Source: an uncultured Bifidobacterium sp.
Lineage (GTDB): Bacteria > Bacteroidota > Bacteroidia > AKYH767-A > OLB10
Assembly (NCBI GenBank): GCA_964534995.1
Contig: CAZHSC010000007.1
Coordinates: 2,570 to 66,569 of the forward strand
Reading direction: 5' to 3'
DNA: 64,000 nt
Part shown: piece by piece, positions 29,138 through 38,776 of the stretch
Layout: every line of letters begins with the position of its first letter
Numbering within the stretch: position 1 is the stretch's first letter
Made by a program: the position numbers and the translations under genes
The notes under the pieces: generated by a model
What the model was told of the DNA's origin: nothing
The model's database searches: none
Seen by the model: the letters and a program-made list of their open reading frames with translations, nothing else

Positions 29138-30388
29138 TTATGACTTGAACTTCCTCAGATAATCCTTCACCGCATCCCGGTGTATCAGGATTCCCATCAT
29201 TTTAAGTTTAACATAATCCTCATGCATGAAATAAAAACCGAAATTTTTACTCTCCTTGCCACAATTCCTGGATCCGGAGCCAGAATCTTTCACAAGGTAC
29301 CAATCCTTTCCATCCTTTTCAAGATAACCCACCAGATGCATACCATGATCATCGGTTGTGTTTCCATTTGCAAACCGGATCATCCGGGCGCTTTCATCAA
29401 TATACTCAGAAGGAATATCAAAACTGGGAACAATTGCAATCTGGTTCCAGGGATCGAAACCCGGTTCAGAAACATCCCCCCCAATCATCGCGGTATGACC
29501 TTTCCTTACTGCCTGCCGGATGATATTCATATAATCATCCAGCGGCACATTATAATACGAGCTGTCATGCCACCAGTTGTCGGGCACTTCATATTCTATC
29601 TGGGTCCAGTATGGTTTTGACATGATGGAAGTGATATCCACATAATCATCCATATTCAGTTTCAACACATCACTAAGGTACTTACGCGGCGACATTTCCC
29701 TGCCGTTTACCTTTACGGTTTCAGGTGGTGTTCCGATATAATGATTCATAATAGATTTTATCGTGGTAATTACGATGTCCTCATTCCAGGCATTGGCGGC
29801 TTTAACGCCCTGGAGGTAAGCTTTCATTTCAGCGGCCATTTTTTCATGGTTGTGATACGACTGCCCTTTCAACAATCCGCTGTAAGCTTCCAGTGGCACT
29901 GCACCGTACATTTTATACGTCCGAACCACGGCGTTCCCTTCTGAGCCCTCATCAAACAAGGTGGTTCCACGGCTTCTTACGAATCCACGCGCCTTTTCCA
30001 CGTACTCCCAATAAGTGGTAAACATCTCCGAAATTTTCACCGATTGCCCGGTCAAGCGGTATACTTCGGTTTCAAAATAGGAAGTCGTACTGTACGACCA
30101 ACAAGTGCTGGTATTGCCCTGCGAAACGGGAGCGTTTTTCCACCAGGTACTGAACTCATCAACCGAAACAGGGTGCCAACCGAACTGTTTGATGTCAACC
30201 TTGTACATCGGCCTGACTTTTTTAGGCGCTTTATTTTCTTCAAATTCAACAACACCCTTCATAATATCCGTATCATAAAAACCCGGTTTATAGGGACGCA
30301 TTTCCAGTTTATCTTTTTTGGAAACCTGGGCTATGAGGCCAAAGCCTGCAAACATAAACAGTGCAATAATCAGGACAACTTTTTTCAT
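29138..30388 (-). CDS. Secreted C1-family (aminopeptidase C / bleomycin hydrolase-like) cysteine peptidase
   Basis: 416 aa. Signal peptide MKKVVLIIALFMFAGFGLIAQ, catalytic Cys context QGNTSTCWSYS, and His context DDHGMHLVGY. Confidence 0.8.
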   Translation of the reverse strand: MKKVVLIIALFMFAGFGLIAQVSKKDKLEMRPYKPGFYDTDIMKGVVEFEENKAPKKVRPMYKVDIKQFGWHPVSVDEFSTWWKNAPVSQGNTSTCWSYSTTSYFETEVYRLTGQSVKISEMFTTYWEYVEKARGFVRSRGTTLFDEGSEGNAVVRTYKMYGAVPLEAYSGLLKGQSYHNHEKMAAEMKAYLQGVKAANAWNEDIVITTIKSIMNHYIGTPPETVKVNGREMSPRKYLSDVLKLNMDDYVDITSIMSKPYWTQIEYEVPDNWWHDSSYYNVPLDDYMNIIRQAVRKGHTAMIGGDVSEPGFDPWNQIAIVPSFDIPSEYIDESARMIRFANGNTTDDHGMHLVGYLEKDGKDWYLVKDSGSGSRNCGKESKNFGFYFMHEDYVKLKMMGILIHRDAVKDYLRKFKS

Positions 30389-30423
30389 CGGCGTGCAATT
30401 TTACAATTATTTCAATTATTGAT

Positions 30424-31923
30424 TTATTTGACTTTCTCTTCAAAAGGATAGGTTCTGATAAAGGCTACCGCCGCGGCAATATCCCTGTACAGCATGCGGT
30501 CCTTATCCACAAACGGAACCACTTTCCGGAATTCAGACAATAATTCTTCAAGGACACCAGATGTCCGTAATGGCCGCCTGAATTCCATGGCCTGAGAGGC
30601 ATTCATCAATTCGATTGCTAAAATCTTCTCTGTATTCACCACGACCTTTCTCAGTTTTGTTGCTGCATTCGCTCCCATGCTTACGTGATCCTCCTGACCG
30701 TTTGATGATACAATGGAGTCCACTGATGCCGGAGTGCACAATTGCTTATTCTGACTGACAATTGAGGCCGCGGTGTACTGTGGAATCATGAAGCCGGAGT
30801 CGAGTCCCGGATTAGCCACCAAAAACGGTGGCAGCTCGCGCAGGCCGGCAATCAACTGATAGGTTCTTCTTTCACTGATATTTCCGATTTCGGCCATAGC
30901 GATGGCCAGGAAATCGAGCGGCAATGCGAGTGGCTGGCCATGAAAATTCCCAGCGGAAATAATCATATCCTCAGATGGAAACACAGTAGGATTATCAGTA
31001 ACGGAATTCATTTCGGTGAAAAATATCTGCGATACATAATTCAGCGTGTCCTTTGAAGCCCCATGCACCTGCGGAATGCAACGAAAAGCGTAAGGATCCT
31101 GTACGTGCTTCTTATTACGGCTGATCAATTCGCTCCCGCTCAATAAAAGTCTGAAACGCATGGCCGTTTCAATTTGTCCGGCATGAGGCCTTATTTCATG
31201 AATCAGGTGATGAAAGGGTTCCAGGCGACCATCAAAAGCATCCAGTGAAAGGGCACCAATCATATCGGCGGCTTTTTCCAGCCGGTTGGCCTGTAAGACA
31301 CACCAGATTCCACAGGCACTCATAAACTGTGTTCCGTTTAGCAGGGCCAGTCCTTCCTTTGAGCGGAGTGTTACGGGTTTCAGTCCAAATTTTTTCAGCG
31401 TGTCTGATGCGGGTATGATTTCGTCATTTACCCTGACTTCTCCGAGGCCTATTAAAGGCAAAGAGAGATGTGCCAATGGAGCAAGGTCGCCGGATGCACC
31501 CAGTGAGCCCTGCTCATATACCAAAGGATGTATTCCATTATTGAAAAAATCAATTAACAACTGCACGGTTTCAAGCTGAACGCCGCTGTTACCGTAGCTC
31601 AATCCCTGGATCTTTAAAAACATCATCAGTCTGACAATATCCTCCGGAAGTTCATCACCGGTGCCGCAGGCATGCGACATCACGAGGTTTTCCTGCAGGC
31701 GGCCAAGGTCATTTTCAGAAATAGATTTATCATACAAGGCCCCGAAGCCGGTATTAATTCCATAATACGCGGCATTACTGCCGCTCAGTTTTGCATCCAG
31801 GTATGATCTGCATTTAACTATTCTCTCTTTGGCATCATCGCTCAGCACCAGTTTTGCGCCCTTGCCGACTACTTTCCTGATATGATCGAATGATATATGA
31901 TGAGATGAAACCGTATGAACCAT
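30424..31923 (-). CDS. hutH: Histidine ammonia-lyase
   Basis: 499 aa. The MIO-forming triad is in GSLGASGDLAPLAHL. The substrate-selectivity region NLVMSHACGTG has the Ser-His pair typical of HAL rather than PAL/TAL. Confidence 0.92.
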   Translation of the reverse strand: MVHTVSSHHISFDHIRKVVGKGAKLVLSDDAKERIVKCRSYLDAKLSGSNAAYYGINTGFGALYDKSISENDLGRLQENLVMSHACGTGDELPEDIVRLMMFLKIQGLSYGNSGVQLETVQLLIDFFNNGIHPLVYEQGSLGASGDLAPLAHLSLPLIGLGEVRVNDEIIPASDTLKKFGLKPVTLRSKEGLALLNGTQFMSACGIWCVLQANRLEKAADMIGALSLDAFDGRLEPFHHLIHEIRPHAGQIETAMRFRLLLSGSELISRNKKHVQDPYAFRCIPQVHGASKDTLNYVSQIFFTEMNSVTDNPTVFPSEDMIISAGNFHGQPLALPLDFLAIAMAEIGNISERRTYQLIAGLRELPPFLVANPGLDSGFMIPQYTAASIVSQNKQLCTPASVDSIVSSNGQEDHVSMGANAATKLRKVVVNTEKILAIELMNASQAMEFRRPLRTSGVLEELLSEFRKVVPFVDKDRMLYRDIAAAVAFIRTYPFEEKVK

Positions 31924-31925
31924 GC

Positions 31926-33320
31926 TTACTTGATTTGTGTATTAAGATATTCGGGTAATTTTTCAACGGGCAGTGTAATCTGAGAACCTTCCTTCATATT
32001 TTTAAGCACAACCGTATCTGCGCTTCGTTCATCAGTACCGGCAATAACAACAAAGGGAATTCCACGGTTGTCGGCATAGGAAAGCTGCTTCTTCATTTTA
32101 ACAGCGTCAGGATACAATTCGGATGCAATACCGGCGTGTCGCAGGCTGTTCAACACCCGGAACAAATAAGGCAGGTCATCTCCGCCAAAATTCACCACCA
32201 GCACCTTTGTAGCGGCGGATACCTGATCAGGATACAGACCGAGTTCGTCCAGTACATCACATATCCTGTCAGCACCGAAGGAGATACCCACACCTGACAT
32301 TCCGGGCAATCCGAAAATTCCGGTCAGATCATCATAGCGCCCTCCACCGCAAATACTGGAAGAAAGAGAAGACCTTTCATCATTAACCTTAACTTCAAAG
32401 ATAGCCCCTGTATAGTAGTTAAGACCCCTTGCCAGTGTTATATCAAGTTCATAACGCGTATGACTAAACGAATTCATTCCTGCAAACTCAAATAACTGCT
32501 CCACTTCCCGGATACCTTCTTGTCCGGTAGCGGAATCTTTCAGTAAAGATTTCAGCAATTCCAGTTTTGCGGCATCATCGCCTTTGAACATCAGCAAAGG
32601 ACGTAGTCCATCTATTGCACTTCCTGAAATCCCTTTGCCGCGAAGTTCCTCCTCCACTTTTCCGATACCGATTTTATCCAGTTTATCTATCGCGGTTGTA
32701 ATATCCGTAATCCTTCCGGCCTCCCCGAAAACCCCGGCTATACCACTTAATATTTTACGGTTGTTAACCTTCACCAACACATTCAGGCGCAACTTCGAAA
32801 AAACATCATCTATCAATTGCAGCAAATCCACTTCGCATAACAGCGAGGTAGAGCCGATACTATCCGCATCACACTGGAAAAATTCACGGTACCTTCCCTT
32901 CTGGGGCCGGTCGGCCCGCCATACCGGTTGTATCTGATATCTCTTAAATGGAAAAGTGATTTCATGCTGATGCATCACTACATAACGCGCAAAAGGAACC
33001 GTTAGGTCATAGCGCAGGGCTTTCTCAGAAATTCTTGATGAAAACACATTCTCACCCTTTGATTTTGTTTCAAGAATATCCTTGTCATCCTGAAATGAAC
33101 TGAAATAATTTCCAGAATTCAATATCTTGAAAATGAGCTTATCTCCTTCTTCCCCGTATTTACCCAGCAATGTACCCAGGCTTTCCATACTCGGGGTTTC
33201 AAGCGGTAAATATCCATAAAGACGAAATGCAGAGCGAATGGTATCGAAAACATAATTCCTTTTCAGCATATCCGCCGGAGAGAAGTCACGCGTACCTTTA
33301 GGAATGGATGGGCGCATCAT
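31926..33320 (-). CDS. hisS: Histidine--tRNA ligase
   Basis: 464 aa, class II aaRS. Motifs include PKGTRDF, RYQIQPVWRADRPQKGRYREFFQCD and GGGRYD, with a C-terminal anticodon-binding domain. Confidence 0.95.
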   Translation of the reverse strand: MMRPSIPKGTRDFSPADMLKRNYVFDTIRSAFRLYGYLPLETPSMESLGTLLGKYGEEGDKLIFKILNSGNYFSSFQDDKDILETKSKGENVFSSRISEKALRYDLTVPFARYVVMHQHEITFPFKRYQIQPVWRADRPQKGRYREFFQCDADSIGSTSLLCEVDLLQLIDDVFSKLRLNVLVKVNNRKILSGIAGVFGEAGRITDITTAIDKLDKIGIGKVEEELRGKGISGSAIDGLRPLLMFKGDDAAKLELLKSLLKDSATGQEGIREVEQLFEFAGMNSFSHTRYELDITLARGLNYYTGAIFEVKVNDERSSLSSSICGGGRYDDLTGIFGLPGMSGVGISFGADRICDVLDELGLYPDQVSAATKVLVVNFGGDDLPYLFRVLNSLRHAGIASELYPDAVKMKKQLSYADNRGIPFVVIAGTDERSADTVVLKNMKEGSQITLPVEKLPEYLNTQIK

Positions 33321-33423
33321 TATTTCAGCTTAATATCATTTATTTTACTTTCTGTAAATAACAAAGATTTCGTTACGGAAGTATCCACATATACCGGAAC
33401 AATGTTCATTTTTACAGGTGATG

Positions 33424-33431
33424 CAAAGGTA
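33424..33431 (-). promoter_or_regulatory. Candidate -7 box (TAnnTTTG) for the hisS-hutH operon
   Basis: TACCTTTG on the minus strand, about 100 nt upstream of the hisS ATG. The long leader lowers confidence. Confidence 0.3.
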
Positions 33432-33599
33432 CTCCATTCGCCCAAATAAACAGAAATCAGTTGATCACCGGTAGCACCCTCTCCTCAAAAATAATTACAA
33501 AGTTTTTTCCTGATTTCAGATCAGAAAACGGGGTATCTGCATGGCATGGCTCCCTGAAATTAACTCTCCAGGGCCAGAAAGACCAGGGGCATCAGGAAA

Positions 33600-35279
33600 T
33601 CAGGAGGTGGTGAGTTTTTTATACCTGAATCTTTTCGGCTCCACATTTCCAAGTCTCTTTTTCTTGGCTTCTTCGTATTCACTATATCCACCTTCAAAGA
33701 AATACACCTGCGAATCTCCCTCAAAAGCGAGAATGTGCGTACAGACTCGGTCGAGGAACCAACGGTCGTGAGAAATAATAACGGCGCATCCGGCAAAATT
33801 TTCAAGGGCCTCCTCGAGTGCTCTCAGCGTATTTATATCAATATCATTGGTAGGCTCGTCAAGCAGCAATACATTGGCGCCTGTTTTCAGTGTCATGGCC
33901 AGGTGTACCCTGTTTCTTTCCCCTCCCGACAATACACCAACTTTTTTACCCTGGTCGGCTCCATTGAAGTTAAACTTTGAAATATAACTGCGTGCATTGA
34001 CACTGCGGTTACCGATTACCATGTTGTCGGAACCACCTGATATTACCTCAAAAACCGTTTTATCGGGCAGCAGATCCTTATGACTCTGATCTACATAGCC
34101 GACCACTACCGTTTCACCGATTTTAAAACTACCGCTGTCGGGTTTCTCAACACCCATGATCATTCTGAATAAAGTAGTTTTACCAACTCCGTTAGGGCCT
34201 ATGATGCCTACTATGCCTGCCTGAGGCAATGAAAAACTAAGGTCATCAATCAGGAGCCTGTCACCAAAACCTTTACTCACATGTTCTGCTTCAATCACCT
34301 GGCTGCCCAGGCGGGGGCCCGGCGGAATAAATATTTCCAGTTTTTCCTCTTTATCTTTCGTCTCCTCATTCACCATTTTATCATAGGCCTGTAAACGCGC
34401 CTTTGATTTGGCATGACGCGCCTTTGGCGACATCCTCACCCACTCCAGTTCACGCTCAAGGGTCTTCCTGCGTTTGCTCTCCGTTTTTTCTTCCTGCTCC
34501 AGCCTTTTCCCTTTCTGCTCCAGCCAGCTGGAATAATTTCCCTGCCAGGGTATGCCTTCTCCGCGGTCCAGTTCAAGTATCCATCCGGCAACATTATCGA
34601 GGAAATAACGGTCGTGTGTTACCGCAATTACTGTTCCTTTGTATTGCTGAAGGTGATGTTCCAGCCATTCCACGCTCTCCGCGTCGAGATGGTTGGTAGG
34701 TTCGTCGAGCAATAATATTTCAGGCTCCTGCAACAACAAACGGCAAAGGGCCAGCCGGCGGCGCTCTCCTCCCGATAAAATATGCACCGGAGTTTCAGGC
34801 TCGGGGCAACGCAAAGCGTCCATCGCTACCTCCACCTTATTGTCCAGTTCCCAGGCCCCGGCGGCGTCAATTTTATCCATTAAATCGGCCTGCTTCTCAA
34901 TCAGCTTATTCATCGCATCATCGTCAAGAGGCTCTCCCAGTTTATTGTTCACATCTTCATACTCCTTCAGCAAATCAACAATGGGCTGTACACCTTCCAT
35001 CACGATTTCCCGGGCGGTTTTAGTTTCATCCAACTCGGGCTCCTGCGACAGATAACCCACCCTGTAACCGGGAGAAAACACCACCTCCCCCTGAAAAGAC
35101 TTTTCCAGTCCGGCGATGATGCGCAAGAGAGTGGATTTTCCGGATCCGTTCAAACCCAGAATGCCAATTTTTGCCCCATAAAAGAAGCTCAGATAAATAT
35201 TCTTAAGTACTTGTTTTTGAGGAGGATAAACCTTACTCACCCCCACCATTGAAAAGATAATTTTGCGATCGTCAGACAT
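33600..35279 (-). CDS. ettA: Energy-dependent translational throttle protein EttA (ABC-F ATPase)
   Basis: The track ORF extends to 35384. The ATG at 35279 gives MSDDRKIIFSMVGVSKVYPPQKQVLKNIYLSFFYGAKIGILGLNGSGKSTLL, the canonical EttA N-terminus (560 aa). It has two ABC cassettes and no TM domain. Confidence 0.93.
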   Translation of the reverse strand: MSDDRKIIFSMVGVSKVYPPQKQVLKNIYLSFFYGAKIGILGLNGSGKSTLLRIIAGLEKSFQGEVVFSPGYRVGYLSQEPELDETKTAREIVMEGVQPIVDLLKEYEDVNNKLGEPLDDDAMNKLIEKQADLMDKIDAAGAWELDNKVEVAMDALRCPEPETPVHILSGGERRRLALCRLLLQEPEILLLDEPTNHLDAESVEWLEHHLQQYKGTVIAVTHDRYFLDNVAGWILELDRGEGIPWQGNYSSWLEQKGKRLEQEEKTESKRRKTLERELEWVRMSPKARHAKSKARLQAYDKMVNEETKDKEEKLEIFIPPGPRLGSQVIEAEHVSKGFGDRLLIDDLSFSLPQAGIVGIIGPNGVGKTTLFRMIMGVEKPDSGSFKIGETVVVGYVDQSHKDLLPDKTVFEVISGGSDNMVIGNRSVNARSYISKFNFNGADQGKKVGVLSGGERNRVHLAMTLKTGANVLLLDEPTNDIDINTLRALEEALENFAGCAVIISHDRWFLDRVCTHILAFEGDSQVYFFEGGYSEYEEAKKKRLGNVEPKRFRYKKLTTS

Positions 35280-35339
35280 ATCTAAGTGCTTGATTAATGT
35301 AACTTTATTCCCTCCTGAACTGTTTAGCGGAAAGGCATG

Positions 35340-35347
35340 CAAATGTA
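35340..35347 (-). promoter_or_regulatory. Candidate -7 box (TAnnTTTG) for ettA
   Basis: TACATTTG on the minus strand, about 60 nt upstream of the preferred ettA start. It lies inside the rejected N-terminal extension of the track ORF. Confidence 0.4.
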
Positions 35348-35402
35348 CCCCTTTCCATTGACAGTGAAAAGACATAAAATTCAACTCGAAAAAAATAAAA
35401 CG

Positions 35403-37538
35403 ATGCGTTTACTAATACTACTTCTGCTGACTTTATATCTACAAGATGCTAGCGGACAGGATACCAAGTTGAGTTATCGCTTGAAAACCTTAGCACTTAA
35501 CCCGGAAAAAAGCAATGAAGAAATTTCCGTATTAATCCGTGGAGATATACACACAATACGTGAAGAAATCAGCAAGTCAGGCGGCGTTGTAAAATTTTGC
35601 AGTGGAGATATTTGCGGGGCGCTGTTACCTGCCGGAAAACTCATGGACCTTGCCCGTCATGCCAGGGTGGAGAGAATAGAGGAAGGACGCGTCGCCATAG
35701 AAACACTGAATGATAAAATGCTGGTTAACAACCGCATTGACCTAGTACATCAAGGCGCTACACCTCTCACGCAATCGTATACAGGTGAAAATGTAATTGT
35801 AGGAATAATCGATACCGGATTGGATTTTACCCATCCCGATTTCAAAGACAGTACAGGTCAAAGCAGGGTATTGTGGATCTGGGATCATTTATTGCCGGAT
35901 TCAACAAATACACCGCTTCCTTACAATTATGGTCAGGAATTTTCAAAGACCGACATTGATGCGGGAAATGCATCATTGCACGTTGACCAAACCGCGCACG
36001 GCACCCATGTAACAGGCATTGCCACTGCCAGCGGAGATACCCTCCCTGCCTTTAAAGGCGCTGCTCCCAAAGCAGATATCATTGCGGTTTCCCTCAATTT
36101 CAATTTAGACGATGACAGCTGGCTCAGCAGTATTGCCGATGCCGTAAATTACATTTTTACAAAGGCAGATTCACTGAACAAACCCTGTGTCATTAACATC
36201 AGTGCAGGCACTTACTATGGCTCGCACGACGGCAAGGACTTGCAGGCACAGGCTATAGATAATATGATCACGTCTAAAAACGGCAGAATGGTGGTTGCCG
36301 CCGCCGGGAATCTTGGAAATTATCCTATTCACCTTAGGCATCAACCCAACAACGACACCACTTTTACCTGGTTCAGGCCCACATGGGGTTATCCACTGTA
36401 TATAGAATGCTGGGCGGATACCGCGAACTTAAGCGCGGTACAATTCTCTATCGCTGCTGATATGATAAACCCTAATTATGAAAACCGCGGACAGTTACCC
36501 TGGACCCATATCACGCCGCATCTCGGAATACTAAGCACGGATACGCTATGGAGTGTGAGTGGAAACAGACTGGCCATTATTGAAACATATGGCCAGCTCA
36601 TTGGGGACCGTTATAGTATGATTTTTAATATAAACGCAGATTCAGCGTCCTATAATTTCCGGCTGATGGCTTCGGGCAACGGTTCTTATGATGTTTGGAG
36701 TACCGAAATGGTTTTTACGGGACTTCCCGGTCCTTCTGTTTTTCCTCCCATAGTCAACTATAAACTACCCGATCTCACACAAAACATATGCAGTTCCTTT
36801 CAGTGCAGCGATGTTGTACTTTGCGTGGGACAATATGTTAACCGGAACAACTATTTGGATGTAAACGGCAACCTCCAGAGTTTCCCGACCATTGAAGGTG
36901 CACTCGGAGCGAGTTCAAGCCGGGGCCCCACACGTGATGGGAGAATTAAACCAGATATCACATCGACGGGAGAGGTTACCCTGGCTGCACTCAAGCTATC
37001 AAGCGCTGCATGGTTCCTGGCCAATCAACCTTACAAACTTGCGCAGGGAGGTATGCATATCAGGGACGGTGGCACATCATCGGCAGCGCCTGCGGTTGCA
37101 GGTGCCATTGCGCTTCTCCTGCAAAAAGACAGCACTGTGTCCTGGCAGGAAATCAGAAACAGGGTACTGCTCTGCGCCAGGCGTGACAATTTTACGGGAA
37201 ACTTCCTTCCGAATAACAACTGGGGTGCGGGAAAACTGGATGCCCTGAATATGATAGGCGGCTGTGCGGCTTTACCCGTTGAAGAGACTATCGCAGGTCA
37301 AACAATCATTTATCCCAATCCTGCCAACGACCGTATAACAGTACGCATAACCGAAAATATGCCGGTCAGAGAAATTTCTATTTTCGATTTGCCCGGCCGG
37401 AAAATCAGAAGTATTCATCCTGCCATTTCCACCATGGAAATGGAAATTTCACTGGAGGGCCTTAGTCCCGGGATCTATATACTGATCACTGATTTATCAG
37501 ATAACACCAGGTATGCGGACGCTGTGATCAAAAAATAA
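35403..37538 (+). CDS. S8-family (subtilisin-like) serine peptidase with a T9SS C-terminal sorting domain
   Basis: The start is moved to the ATG at 35403 (MRLLILLLLTLYLQDASGQ signal peptide). Catalytic triad contexts are GIIDTGLD, HGTHVTGIA and GGTSSAAPAVAG. The C-terminus IIYPNPANDRITVRI...ISIFDLPGRKI...GIYILI is T9SS CTD-like. Confidence 0.9.
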   Translation: MRLLILLLLTLYLQDASGQDTKLSYRLKTLALNPEKSNEEISVLIRGDIHTIREEISKSGGVVKFCSGDICGALLPAGKLMDLARHARVERIEEGRVAIETLNDKMLVNNRIDLVHQGATPLTQSYTGENVIVGIIDTGLDFTHPDFKDSTGQSRVLWIWDHLLPDSTNTPLPYNYGQEFSKTDIDAGNASLHVDQTAHGTHVTGIATASGDTLPAFKGAAPKADIIAVSLNFNLDDDSWLSSIADAVNYIFTKADSLNKPCVINISAGTYYGSHDGKDLQAQAIDNMITSKNGRMVVAAAGNLGNYPIHLRHQPNNDTTFTWFRPTWGYPLYIECWADTANLSAVQFSIAADMINPNYENRGQLPWTHITPHLGILSTDTLWSVSGNRLAIIETYGQLIGDRYSMIFNINADSASYNFRLMASGNGSYDVWSTEMVFTGLPGPSVFPPIVNYKLPDLTQNICSSFQCSDVVLCVGQYVNRNNYLDVNGNLQSFPTIEGALGASSSRGPTRDGRIKPDITSTGEVTLAALKLSSAAWFLANQPYKLAQGGMHIRDGGTSSAAPAVAGAIALLLQKDSTVSWQEIRNRVLLCARRDNFTGNFLPNNNWGAGKLDALNMIGGCAALPVEETIAGQTIIYPNPANDRITVRITENMPVREISIFDLPGRKIRSIHPAISTMEMEISLEGLSPGIYILITDLSDNTRYADAVIKK

Positions 37539-37557
37539 AAATTCCAAAAACCCGGAC

Positions 37558-37590
37558 AAGCACGTTCGATAAAGAGTGCTTTTCTTACTT
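37558..37590 (+). terminator. Possible rho-independent terminator after the S8 peptidase gene
   Basis: Stem AAGCAC / GTGCTT (6 bp) with a 12-nt loop, followed by TTCTTACTTTT. This is a weak stem. Confidence 0.4.
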
Positions 37591-37597
37591 TTACACC

Positions 37598-38458
37598 GTG
37601 ATACATACGGTTAAAAGTTACCTGTCACTGGTAAAATTCTCTCATACTGTCTTTGCACTCCCCTTTGCCATTATCGGATTTTCGCTTGCAATACACGATC
37701 ATCCCGGCAACTTTTCTGTTATGCTGGCAGTAAAAGTATTGTTATGCATGGTGTTTGCCCGGACTGCTGCTATGGCATTTAACCGATGGGCCGACAGGTA
37801 TATAGATGCAAAAAACCCCAGAACCCGGCTCCGCGAGATTCCATCAGGAATTGTCAGCTCAAAAGCCGCGCTGCTTTTTACAATCGCCAACAGCATTGCA
37901 CTGATTGTTACCACATGGTTTATCAATCCCCTTTGTTTTTATTTGTCATTTGTAGCGCTTGCGGTAGTACTGGGTTATTCCTATACGAAGCGTTTTACCG
38001 CTTTGTGCCACCTCGTACTGGGCCTTGGACTTTCGCTCGCGCCTATCGGAGCCTGGCTGGCAGTAACCGGAACTTTTTCGCTGCTACCCCTGTTGTTTTC
38101 CTTATCGGTACTTTGCTGGGTCAGCGGTTTTGACATCATCTATGCGCTGCAGGATGAGCAATTTGATACTTCATTAAAATTACATTCCATACCCGGAATA
38201 TTCGGACCGGTGAAAGCGCTTGGTATTTCCCGAAAACTGCATGTTGCTTCAGCACTTTTCCTGCTGGCTGCAGGCATCCACGGCCCACTGGGCATCATGT
38301 ATTATTCGGGATGGCTGTTATTTACCGCCCTCTTGATTTATCAGCATAAACTGGTTAAGCCACATGATATCAGTAAAGTGAATTTGGCCTTTTTCACGAC
38401 CAACGGAATCGCGAGCGTTACCTTCGCCATTTTTACTATCACGGATATTTTTGTGTGA
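37598..38458 (+). CDS. UbiA-family aromatic polyprenyltransferase (4-hydroxybenzoate polyprenyltransferase-like)
   Basis: 286 aa with a GTG start. It is multi-pass hydrophobic and has Asp-rich motifs NRWADRYIDAKNPRT and YALQDEQFD. Confidence 0.85.
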   Translation: MIHTVKSYLSLVKFSHTVFALPFAIIGFSLAIHDHPGNFSVMLAVKVLLCMVFARTAAMAFNRWADRYIDAKNPRTRLREIPSGIVSSKAALLFTIANSIALIVTTWFINPLCFYLSFVALAVVLGYSYTKRFTALCHLVLGLGLSLAPIGAWLAVTGTFSLLPLLFSLSVLCWVSGFDIIYALQDEQFDTSLKLHSIPGIFGPVKALGISRKLHVASALFLLAAGIHGPLGIMYYSGWLLFTALLIYQHKLVKPHDISKVNLAFFTTNGIASVTFAIFTITDIFV

Positions 38459-38727
38459 TTATTCATTGCATGATTGTTTTTTTTGCAACACTGGCCTGCT
38501 GCATCTATATTGCAACTATGCCATAAAGGGCCTATTTATAAATTACAATGATCCGGCAGGCAATTTTCACAACAACCCATTGTTGCAGTAACAGGGGAAT
38601 CCAGCGATACTTTCTGCTTCAATATGAAATTGTATGCCGGGCAAGGGTTAAACCAATAGTCTGGTAATGAAACAATAATACAAGTCAAATTCACAGCATG
38701 TAAAAGGGCTGTTACGGCGGATTTTTG

Positions 38728-38735
38728 TAATTTTG
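38728..38735 (+). promoter_or_regulatory. Candidate -7 box (TAnnTTTG) for the E1 dehydrogenase / murQ transcription unit
   Basis: TAATTTTG lies 42 nt upstream of the ATG at 38777. Confidence 0.4.
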
Positions 38736-38776
38736 TACTATGAGGTAAGTGAATCCGAAAATCCTGCCCAGATAGT

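Noticed and set aside
33321-33599. hisS leader and ettA 3' region, considered as a possible His-codon attenuator or T-box-like leader
   Set aside because: The only upstream mini-ORF on the minus strand (22 codons) has no run of His codons. I saw no T-box specifier or terminator/antiterminator pair, and the hairpins are 5 bp or shorter.
35280-35402. Overlapping long starts of the divergent ettA (to 35384) and S8 peptidase (from 35337) ORFs
   Set aside because: The two extensions overlap each other. The conserved EttA N-terminus starts at 35279, and the peptidase signal peptide starts at 35403.
38459-38776. 318-nt intergenic region upstream of the TPP-dependent E1 gene, considered as a possible TPP riboswitch, ncRNA or small ORF (an 18-aa hydrophobic peptide at 38470..38526)
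   Set aside because: I could not see the conserved TPP-riboswitch cores (CUGAGA / ACCUGA) or any strong extended secondary structure. The small ORF has no supporting signal. A covariance-model scan (Rfam/Infernal) would be needed to be sure.
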